DNA of 32,000 nt, taken from the NCBI RefSeq assembly GCF_051201565.1, contig NZ_CP179200.1:870001-902000 (forward strand), in the 5' to 3' direction. Both the position numbers and the translations under genes were made by a program. Source of the DNA: Pseudothioglobus sp. nBUS_23. Its GTDB lineage: Bacteria; Pseudomonadota; Gammaproteobacteria; PS1; Pseudothioglobaceae. The notes beneath the pieces were generated by a model. It had not been told where the DNA came from, did no database searches, and saw only the letters and a program-made list of their open reading frames with translations. Positions 15,820 through 23,571 of the stretch are shown piece by piece; the stretch's first letter is position 1; each line of letters starts with the position of its first letter.

Positions 15820-15825
15820 ATTATA
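15820..15825 (-). promoter_or_regulatory. -10 hexamer TATAAT 6 nt before ATG 15813 (leaderless-type)
   Basis: The minus strand reads AATTA TATAAT GCCTTT ATG. No SD. The -35 is weak. Confidence 0.35.
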
Positions 15826-15860
15826 TAATTTATTTCAGAAATGAAAGCGCTCCTTCGAAT

Positions 15861-16076
15861 TTATTTCCAGCCATGCTTCCAATTATTATTATCCTTCAGT
15901 TCACTCCATTCAATCTCTTCCACTCTTTTGTTGATTACAGCCTCAATTAAGCAACAAGTAATAGTTGAATTTTCATCAAACTCAACCTTGGTAACAATAA
16001 AGTGTCTTTCTGAATTCAATGGATTCAGTTTAGTCCATTTACTGTGGATGAGCTTTTTTGGATTAATTACATTCAT
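15861..16076 (-). CDS. TIGR02450-like tryptophan-rich small protein
   Basis: SKWTKLNP...RHFIVTKV...W..L......W..GWK matches my memory of the Trp-rich conserved hypothetical family. The opposite-strand ORF 15841..16095 was rejected. Confidence 0.6.
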   Translation of the reverse strand: MNVINPKKLIHSKWTKLNPLNSERHFIVTKVEFDENSTITCCLIEAVINKRVEEIEWSELKDNNNWKHGWK

Positions 16077-16156
16077 TATTGGAGTGGTTGTCTAAATTTG
16101 ACTTGTTAATTATTTCATATTGGTAAATTCATTGCTCTAATCTCCACTTAATATTC

Positions 16157-16414
16157 ATGAATTCCACATATATCGTTGACTTGCATTCTCTAAACTGGCC
16201 TCTAAAGTTAAACTACAAAGTGGGTATGAGAAAAAAAATAGGGGTATTAGCGCTTTCATTAGCATCGTTGGGTGTAGTTTGGCTTTTATTAGGTATGGCT
16301 AATATTGTCCCATTTTTAATAGTGTTACCCCAGGAAACAAGTATCAGGGCCCATGCTTCCTTTGCAGTGCTCTTTTTACTGATTGCTTCTTGGGCTTTTT
16401 GGAATGAAGACTAA
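16157..16414 (+). CDS. small membrane protein (62-85 aa)
   Basis: ORF track. The likely real start is ATG 16226 (MRKKIGVLAL...), giving a 2-TM protein. Confidence 0.45.
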   Translation: MNSTYIVDLHSLNWPLKLNYKVGMRKKIGVLALSLASLGVVWLLLGMANIVPFLIVLPQETSIRAHASFAVLFLLIASWAFWNED

Positions 16415-16435
16415 TTTTATAACAAGGATGTAATT

Positions 16436-16612
16436 ATGATTAAAACGTCAGATATATGTATTTTGGTTTCTGTTGGTGTCGCATTTGTGACCACAGCATA
16501 TCTGTGGTTTCAAGGGGTTGATACAAGGCAAGAAGCTTTGTTTACCTCTACTTGGATACCGTCAATTTTAACATTTGCTATTTACTTTAAGATAATAGCT
16601 AGGAAGGACTGA
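16436..16612 (+). CDS. small 2-TM membrane protein (58 aa), below ORF-track cutoff
   Basis: ATG preceded by AAGGAT. Translation: MIKTSDICILVSVGVAFVTTAYLWFQGVDTRQEALFTSTWIPSILTFAIYFKIIARKD. It starts 21 nt after the previous stop. Confidence 0.4.
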   Translation: MIKTSDICILVSVGVAFVTTAYLWFQGVDTRQEALFTSTWIPSILTFAIYFKIIARKD

Positions 16613-16614
16613 TT

Positions 16615-16722
16615 ATGGATAATTCATTAATATTTCTTACTGGGCTATTTTGTTTTGTTCTCGCCATTATTGGTGCAGTTTTAACTGTCAGAGAATTCAA
16701 AAATATTGAAAATCAGAAATAG
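16615..16722 (+). CDS. very small 1-TM membrane protein (35 aa), below ORF-track cutoff
   Basis: ATG lies 2 nt after the previous stop and is preceded by AGGAAGGA. Translation: MDNSLIFLTGLFCFVLAIIGAVLTVREFKNIENQK. Confidence 0.35.
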   Translation: MDNSLIFLTGLFCFVLAIIGAVLTVREFKNIENQK

Positions 16723-16800
16723 CACTCACTAATTTAAGACCGTAGTTATAGTCTAATTTCTGCGGTCCTTTAACACAAGTGATTTTTTTTGTTAACTCTC

Positions 16801-17217
16801 TTAAATTTTGTCTAAGAGAAACGTTGGCATTTTGTAATACATATCCATCAGCTCAGCTTCTGGTTGTAAAAAGGTCCGTTCTACTTCAAGGCATCTCACT
16901 GAGGTCACCATTACGTTTTTAGATAGGGCCTTAATCTCAGATAAAGGCGGTTTAATGGTTTCCTCTATGGTGGTCACTGGCCTGTTATTTTTATCAAAAA
17001 TAGAGCAGCTCACTTTGGTTATTTTTTTTGTCCCAACTTTAATTGTTGTTGAGTCTTTTGTATCTAGACGCTCAAATTTAAAACCCTCAACACTGATTTG
17101 ATTACCTGAATCATCGATGATAGTCATTTTGTTAACTTCATCAGCGTAAATGGAGACTCCAAGGAATAGCAAAACAATGAACAGTGCTTGCTTTAGCAAT
17201 CCTCTATTGAGCATCAT
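16801..17217 (-). CDS. secreted hypothetical protein (138 aa)
   Basis: Signal-peptide-like N-terminus (LFIVLLFLGVSIYA). The start overlaps the 3' end of the upstream phosphorylase gene by 11-14 nt. Confidence 0.55.
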   Translation of the reverse strand: MMLNRGLLKQALFIVLLFLGVSIYADEVNKMTIIDDSGNQISVEGFKFERLDTKDSTTIKVGTKKITKVSCSIFDKNNRPVTTIEETIKPPLSEIKALSKNVMVTSVRCLEVERTFLQPEAELMDMYYKMPTFLLDKI

Positions 17218-18133
17218 TGAGCTCCATAAGGGCGTTCAATCCTATTTTGATGGTGTTCCCTATCGCTGCTTCATAATCAATGATTGAGTCACTATCATTT
17301 GGTCCACTAATGACTGTACAGATTGTTCCAGCACGGTAACCAAGCTGAGAGCATAAATGAAAGAAAAGGCTAGATTCCATCTCCATATTATGAACCTTTA
17401 ATCCATCAATATTAAGTGATGAGAGACTGCCTTTAATATCTGGAAGTGTATTGTTTAATCCTTCGATATATCGAGACGAGGGTCCATAAAAGCCTGGCGA
17501 GGAGACAGTTATTCCAGTTTCAAATTCGACGCCATGAGCCGCAGCTTGATTCATCAGTGCCTTGGTCACTTCGCTTGAAGCCTTTGAAGCATATGGGGTT
17601 ATTTTTCCTTTAAATCTAGACTTTTCATCAATAGCGTTATTAAGAATTTTTGATGCTTCTGCTTCAATTTTTTTTACAATCTTATCTTCTGCAGACTGCT
17701 CGTAATAAATTCCAGTACTATCAAGGCCTAATGCATACGAAGAGATGGCAAGTGAACCTGGAGTCACATCTGACTGAACACCGCCAGAAGTACCAAGACG
17801 AATGATAGTTAATGGATTACAGTTTTGTTGTTTCTCAGCGCTCTTAAGATCGAATTCATGAGCTATATATGCCTCCACTAGAGCAATCTCAACATTATCA
17901 GTTCCTATTCCAGTGCCAATAACTGAAACGGGTATGCCGCGATAACTCCCAGTAAAAGTTAGGTACTCACGATTAGTGATTTCACAATCAATCCGGTCAA
18001 ACTCTTGAGAGACTCGAATGGCTCTGGCAGGATCGCCAACAATAAAGATATTTTCAGCAAGGTCTGATTTTTTTATGCCGAGGTGATACAGTGTGTCATT
18101 AACAATTACAATTTCTGATTTTTTATTCAGCAA
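17204..18133 (-). CDS. nucleoside phosphorylase, PNP_UDP_1 family, uridine-phosphorylase-like
   Basis: Motifs LYHLG, IFIVGDPARA, IIRLGTSGG and NMEMES. At 309 aa it resembles the long (UPase) subgroup. TTG start with SD GGAGAA 7 nt upstream. Confidence 0.8.
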   Translation of the reverse strand: MLNKKSEIVIVNDTLYHLGIKKSDLAENIFIVGDPARAIRVSQEFDRIDCEITNREYLTFTGSYRGIPVSVIGTGIGTDNVEIALVEAYIAHEFDLKSAEKQQNCNPLTIIRLGTSGGVQSDVTPGSLAISSYALGLDSTGIYYEQSAEDKIVKKIEAEASKILNNAIDEKSRFKGKITPYASKASSEVTKALMNQAAAHGVEFETGITVSSPGFYGPSSRYIEGLNNTLPDIKGSLSSLNIDGLKVHNMEMESSLFFHLCSQLGYRAGTICTVISGPNDSDSIIDYEAAIGNTIKIGLNALMELNDAQ

Positions 18134-18138
18134 AACCG

Positions 18139-18324
18139 TTATTCTCCAAAAAAATCATTCTTTCTCCCATCCGTAAAATCTCGAGATAAATACTTTGTCA
18201 GCCAAATGATTGAGTACCAAAAACTAAAATACAAAACGAGTTTCAGAGACAAATAAATATCTCTAAAAACGATGCTAGTTACTAAGAGAATGACAATAAA
18301 TAGAAGCATTAAGATCTTGTTCAC
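18139..18324 (-). CDS. possible small membrane protein (61 aa)
   Basis: ORF track only. GTG start, hydrophobic. It ends 5 nt before the phosphorylase start. Confidence 0.3.
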   Translation of the reverse strand: MNKILMLLFIVILLVTSIVFRDIYLSLKLVLYFSFWYSIIWLTKYLSRDFTDGRKNDFFGE

Positions 18325-18652
18325 AATTGCATTATATTTGAGTTTGAAATTCTAAAAAATAAAGTTTTACTTTACAAAAGTTTTGCTTATAAAAAAATCT
18401 GTTACTTTTATCCAAACATTTGATTAATTTTTGTCAGCAATTATCCTCACACTTAATATGATTGCTTGCTTGATTTTTCATTGGTATTAAAATAAATCAT
18501 GAATTGACTAAATATTCACTCTATCTTCATTCTTTGTAATGCATTTATGAATAACATGGTATTTTTTAAAAAATTTTCAGGGTTATAAGAAATTCCTCAA
18601 GTAATTCTTTATTAATTAAACTTTACACAATGAGAATTAAAATACTACTCTT

Positions 18653-21600
18653 ATGAATGCCTTTCTTCTTTTTTTTGCTAAACAAAAAAAGCTAGCACTG
18701 CTTTTCACTCTATCAGTAGTGATACTGGGTTTTATGACGCTTCAAAAAATTCAGCGTGATACTTACCCAGTTATTGAATTTGATCGACTCTCTATAAACA
18801 CTTCTTATCCAAGCGCCTCACCAAGAGATGTTGAGAAGAATATTACGAACGTTATTGAAGACAAAATAAAAGGAATTTATGGAATCAAAGAGTTAACGTC
18901 AACCTCGTCTGAAGGGTCATCTAGAATCAATATTGAAATTGAGGAGGATGTGGATGATATTCAATCAGTAAAGGATAGTATTTCTGAGGCGGTCAATGAA
19001 ATTGAAGATCTGCCCGAAGATGCTAATGATCCTCGAGTGGTTGACAGAACGAGCACGGAGTGGCCAATTCTCACCATAGTTATTGGAGGTGACAATATTG
19101 ATATTGAAACCGCGAAAGCCATAGCAAATAATATTGAAAAAAATCTATCTTTGATTGATGGCGTTTCAAGTGTGACTGTGAGCGGAGACTCTGAGAGAGA
19201 GGTGCAAATCAGAATTAATCCAGAAAAGCTGTTACAGTATCAGCTCTCTTTTGATCAAGTCAGAAGTGTCATAGCAGATCAAAATATTCGTTCTGCTATT
19301 GGTGACAATAATCAAGGAAGAAACCAAAAAAATATAGTTATTATTTCTGAATATGAAACGATGGAGTCTTTGGAGAATGTTGTAGTTAAATCAAGCTTTG
19401 ATGGCCCAACAATTCTTTTGAAAGACATTGCAACAATTGATGAGGGTGAGATCGGTTTCAACACGATCACTCGTATTAACGGCACTAAGGGCTATATTCT
19501 CAAGGTTACGAAAACTGAAAAAGCTGATGTGATTAGAACGGTTGAAAAAGTAAGAGAGACTTTAAACACACTGAAAGAGACGTATCCTCCTGAGCTTAAT
19601 TTAATAGTCACCAATGACAGATCAAAGTCAGTTTCCAACAGGTTGAACATTGTCATGAATAATGCCCTGGTAGGCCTCGCACTGATTATGGTTGTTCTGG
19701 GCTTATTTCTCTCTTTAAAGACTGCGTTCTGGGTTGCTATTAGCATTCCAGTTACGCTTTTGGGAACCGTTGCTTTTCTTGGATTTGCAGGTGAAACGAT
19801 TAATCTAATTTCAACGATTGGAATGGTGCTGGTTTTGGGGCTAGTTGTCGATGACAGTATCATCATAGCTGAGAGTATTCATCACTATAAAGAGAAGGGC
19901 GGCGATGTCTTTCAAAATATAGTGGATGGCCTTAAAAGAGTCATCATGCCAGTTATTACGACTATTTTAACGACAGTTCTCGCTATATCAACTGTTCTAT
20001 TGGTCAGTGGTACTACCGGAAAATTTATATATATACTGCCAATTACTGTTATCTGCGCCTTAGCCTTTTCCTTGCTTGAGGTCAGTATTGCTTTGCCTGC
20101 GCATATGTCTGGGAGCAGGGCTAAAAAACAAAAAACGTGGTTTAAGCCAGTCGAGAGATGGTTTGAAAAGGTATTACTAGTAATCTTGAGGTGGCGATTT
20201 ATCGTCTTGAGTTTGTTTCTTGGGCTGCTTGCATTTAGTGCCTATATAGGAACAAAAGAAATTAGTTATATTCAGTGGCCATCGAGTGGCACAAATTCAA
20301 TAAACATAAGAGTCCAAACTCCTCTTGGAACTCCCGTTGAAACGACAGAGCAGTCCATCATTAAAATTGATGAAATTATTATTGATAAGCTTGGATCAAA
20401 CTTAGATTTTTTTACCAGCACAATTGGATCAAGAGGGTCTAATCGAGCCTCTATTGCAATCACTTTGATTCCAGCTAATGATCGTGAAACCTCAGCCAAA
20501 GAGTTTATTGAAATTCTAAAAGCAGAAACAAAAGATATAGAAGGCGTCTCCAGGATTAATTTTAGGACAAATAGGGGTGGCCCTAGCGGTTCACTGGATA
20601 TTGAACTCAGTTTAATTGGAAGCAATGACGTTCAGCGACAGGCAGCTGTTGATCAACTTGAAAAGATTCTTAACAGTTACGACGGTGTAAGTGATATTGA
20701 TCGTGATGATGATTTAAGTAAAAATCGTATTGAGGTGTTGTTGGATTATGAGTCGATGGCAAGACTAGGGATTCAATATCAACAGGTTTACAGTCATTTG
20801 AGGACAATTTATTCTGGAATGGACGTTTCTGACGTAGATTTTGACAACACTAGCCTAAACGTGAAAATGTATCTTGGTGATAGTAATTATTCTGATGACT
20901 ACATTACGAAAACTTCAATCAGAAACAATCAAGGAAGAATGATCCCAATGTCTCAATTTGCAAGTGTTGTTGAGACGCCGGGTGACCCAAACTATAAACA
21001 CCTAAATGGTGAGAGAGTTGTTAAAGTAAGTGCAGCGGTAGAGGACGCTATAACTACGGCTCAATCTGTATCACAAAGAGCACTTGATGAGCTTGACTTG
21101 ATCAATAATTTTCCTGAAGTTCGTGCTATAGAAGGAGGTAGCTCCTTGGAGGCAAAAGAGGCCTTGAGTGACTTCTCTTTGGCGCTTGGCTTTGCTGTAT
21201 TCGGAATCTATATGCTTATATCACTGCTGTTTAATTCATACTCTCAGCCGTTGTTAGTGATCTTAAGTATTCCCTTTGCCTTGATTGGTGTTGTTTGGGC
21301 CTTCTTTTTTCACTCTGAGACATTTAGCTTTTTTGTATTATTGGGGGTCTTGGCGTTGGTAGGGGTTGTCGTCAATGACTCACTAGTTATGATCAGCCAT
21401 TTGAATCACATCAAGAAAGAAGCTGGAGAGAGCGCTATTTCGAAAGAATGGATTGCAAAAGGAGCTAAGGATCGTTTAAGGGCTGTTGTTTTAACAACTC
21501 TTACAACTCTCGCGGGAGTTTTGCCTCTAATCTATGGTTTCGGGGGTAAAGATGCATTCCTACAGCCGATGGTTATGGCTCTTGGCTATGGCTTGTTGTT

Positions 21601-21697
21601 CGGTACTTTTGTCACTCTAATTCTTCTCCCTTGTCTTTACTCAATTAATCTAGATGTATCAAACTGGTTTTCTAATCTAAAAACTAAATACCTCTAA
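18653..21697 (+). CDS. RND efflux transporter permease (AcrB/HAE family)
   Basis: 1014 aa with a 12-TM plus two large periplasmic loops architecture. The N-terminus is typical of the ACR_tran family, and VVDDSI/VVNDSL motifs occur in TM4/TM10-like positions. Confidence 0.9.
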   Translation: MNAFLLFFAKQKKLALLFTLSVVILGFMTLQKIQRDTYPVIEFDRLSINTSYPSASPRDVEKNITNVIEDKIKGIYGIKELTSTSSEGSSRINIEIEEDVDDIQSVKDSISEAVNEIEDLPEDANDPRVVDRTSTEWPILTIVIGGDNIDIETAKAIANNIEKNLSLIDGVSSVTVSGDSEREVQIRINPEKLLQYQLSFDQVRSVIADQNIRSAIGDNNQGRNQKNIVIISEYETMESLENVVVKSSFDGPTILLKDIATIDEGEIGFNTITRINGTKGYILKVTKTEKADVIRTVEKVRETLNTLKETYPPELNLIVTNDRSKSVSNRLNIVMNNALVGLALIMVVLGLFLSLKTAFWVAISIPVTLLGTVAFLGFAGETINLISTIGMVLVLGLVVDDSIIIAESIHHYKEKGGDVFQNIVDGLKRVIMPVITTILTTVLAISTVLLVSGTTGKFIYILPITVICALAFSLLEVSIALPAHMSGSRAKKQKTWFKPVERWFEKVLLVILRWRFIVLSLFLGLLAFSAYIGTKEISYIQWPSSGTNSINIRVQTPLGTPVETTEQSIIKIDEIIIDKLGSNLDFFTSTIGSRGSNRASIAITLIPANDRETSAKEFIEILKAETKDIEGVSRINFRTNRGGPSGSLDIELSLIGSNDVQRQAAVDQLEKILNSYDGVSDIDRDDDLSKNRIEVLLDYESMARLGIQYQQVYSHLRTIYSGMDVSDVDFDNTSLNVKMYLGDSNYSDDYITKTSIRNNQGRMIPMSQFASVVETPGDPNYKHLNGERVVKVSAAVEDAITTAQSVSQRALDELDLINNFPEVRAIEGGSSLEAKEALSDFSLALGFAVFGIYMLISLLFNSYSQPLLVILSIPFALIGVVWAFFFHSETFSFFVLLGVLALVGVVVNDSLVMISHLNHIKKEAGESAISKEWIAKGAKDRLRAVVLTTLTTLAGVLPLIYGFGGKDAFLQPMVMALGYGLLFGTFVTLILLPCLYSINLDVSNWFSNLKTKYL

Positions 21698-21877
21698 ATA
21701 AGAATTTATATTTTAATAAGTCCATCATTGCCAGTAACAATAAGTCTTTGTCCGCAATGGAATTTATTTTCAATAAATTAATCCTTTTCAAACCCTATAA
21801 AAAGGTCTACAATAAAATTGTAATTTACTGATTACTCGAAATATTTTGATCTATTTAATTAAAGGGAGAATAGAGCT

Positions 21878-23518
21878 ATGAAGCGTTTTGATTTATTTCA
21901 ATCATTGAGATTGAAGGATAGAGTAACGATGCCGGTTGTTATCGGCTTGAGTTGTTTTTTAACTTTTGGTATGTTTGCTCAGCCAACTATAGCTGATGGA
22001 CACAAAGGCTTTGAGTTGACAATTCTGCATACTAATGACTTTCATGCAAGGTTTAGACCTATCAGCAAGTATGACAATAACTGCTCAGCTGAGAGCAATG
22101 CTGAAGGCAAGTGCTTTGGAGGAACAGCAAGGTTAATTTCAGCTATTAAAGAGGCACGCGGCAGACATGAAAACACAATACTATTAGATGGCGGTGACCA
22201 GTTCCAAGGAACACTCTTTTATAATCTTTATAAAGGTAAAGTTGCAGCAGGCATGATGAATGCTCTTGAATACGATGGCATGGCCGTTGGTAACCATGAG
22301 TTTGACGATGGTCCAGAGACCTTGAGAGATTTCATGGAGGCAGTTGATTTTCCAGTGCTAATGGCTAATGCTCATATAAGTCTTGAACCAGCATTAAGAG
22401 ACATTCTTCAAAAGTCGACAATAGTTGAGAAGGGTGGTGAAAAAATTGGACTTATTGGTGTAGTGACTGAAGATGTCAAAGATCTATCTAGTCCTGGCGA
22501 TAATATCATTTTCACCGATGCAATCAATGCAGTTCAGTCTGAAGTTCGTGTTTTAAAGGCAAAGGGGGTTAATAAAATTATCCTTCTATCTCACTCGTCT
22601 TATGCCATAGATAAGGAGATTGCTGCTAACACTGACGGAGTCGATGTGATTGTGGGTGGTCACGACAATGCGTTGCTTTCGAATACAAACAAGAGAGCAG
22701 TTGGTCCATACCCCACAGTTGTTAATGACGTTCAAATCATTCAGGCGTATGCCTACGGAAAATATCTCGGCGAACTTAATCTAGTGTTTGATGATGCGGG
22801 TAATGTCATTTCTGCAGAGGGTGAGCCAATCTTGATTGATTCTTCTGTTGAAGAAGACCCTCAAATCGTTACACGCCTAGATATTTTAGAAAAGCCTATT
22901 AATAAGCTCAAAGAAACTCAGGTTGGGAATGTTTCTGTGTCGCTCAATGGTGATAGAGCGGTATGTCGTGTTCAAGAATGCGATATGGGAAATATGATTG
23001 CTGATGCTATGAGAGATGCGGTCATCGACAAGGGTTATACAATTGCTTTGGCAAACTCTGGAGGTATTAGGGCATCCCTTGATGCAGGTGATGTGACCCT
23101 CGGTGAGGTAATGACTATTCTTCCATTTCAAAACACGCTCTCAACATTCAAAGTTACAGGTAAGCAGCTGTTGACTGCCATTGAGAATGGCGTAAGTGAA
23201 GTTGAAGATGTTGCTGGCAGATTTCCGCAAGTTTCTGGAATGAGATTTACCTTTGATGCTTCTAAGCCCGCTAACGGCGGAAGGGTAACTTCCATTGAGA
23301 TCGATGAAGATGGAAGCTGGATGCCACTTGATTTAAATAAGACCTACGGTATGGTTTCAAATAACTTTATTCGGGGTGGTGGTGACGGCTATAAAGTCTT
23401 TAGATCAGCCTCTGATATCTATGACTTTGGTCCAGACTTAGCCGAGGTTGTTGCTGACTATATTGGTGCAAACCCTGGCTACAGTGGATACACTGATGGC
23501 CGAATCAAGCAGAAATAG
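21878..23518 (+). CDS. periplasmic bifunctional metallophosphatase / 5'-nucleotidase (UshA-like)
   Basis: Signal peptide, metallophosphoesterase motifs (HTNDFH, GGDQFQG, GNHEFD) and a C-terminal 5'-nucleotidase domain. SD AGGGAG. Confidence 0.9.
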   Translation: MKRFDLFQSLRLKDRVTMPVVIGLSCFLTFGMFAQPTIADGHKGFELTILHTNDFHARFRPISKYDNNCSAESNAEGKCFGGTARLISAIKEARGRHENTILLDGGDQFQGTLFYNLYKGKVAAGMMNALEYDGMAVGNHEFDDGPETLRDFMEAVDFPVLMANAHISLEPALRDILQKSTIVEKGGEKIGLIGVVTEDVKDLSSPGDNIIFTDAINAVQSEVRVLKAKGVNKIILLSHSSYAIDKEIAANTDGVDVIVGGHDNALLSNTNKRAVGPYPTVVNDVQIIQAYAYGKYLGELNLVFDDAGNVISAEGEPILIDSSVEEDPQIVTRLDILEKPINKLKETQVGNVSVSLNGDRAVCRVQECDMGNMIADAMRDAVIDKGYTIALANSGGIRASLDAGDVTLGEVMTILPFQNTLSTFKVTGKQLLTAIENGVSEVEDVAGRFPQVSGMRFTFDASKPANGGRVTSIEIDEDGSWMPLDLNKTYGMVSNNFIRGGGDGYKVFRSASDIYDFGPDLAEVVADYIGANPGYSGYTDGRIKQK

Positions 23519-23542
23519 TTAAATTTTTAAAAAGATAAGATT

Positions 23543-23571
23543 AAGGGCTAACTAACGTTAGCCCTTTTTTT
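23543..23571 (+). terminator. rho-independent terminator (10-bp perfect stem, 4-nt loop, T7 tail)
   Basis: AAGGGCTAAC-TAAC-GTTAGCCCTT followed by TTTTT. It lies between convergent genes, and the T-tract overlaps the stop of the minus-strand gene. Confidence 0.75.

Noticed and set aside
15841-16095. 84-aa plus-strand ORF
   Set aside because: It overlaps the minus-strand Trp-rich TIGR02450-like ORF, which has a recognisable family signature. The plus-strand translation is Ser/Leu-rich and looks antisense.
16738-16767. Hairpin GACCGTAG-N14-CTGCGGTC after the small membrane ORFs as a terminator
   Set aside because: The stem includes a G-U pair, the loop is long, and the nearest T-run is about 15 nt away. 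This is not convincing enough to list as a feature.
19492-20625. Two minus-strand ORFs (124 and 117 aa)
   Set aside because: Both are embedded antisense in the RND permease gene, whose identity is unambiguous.
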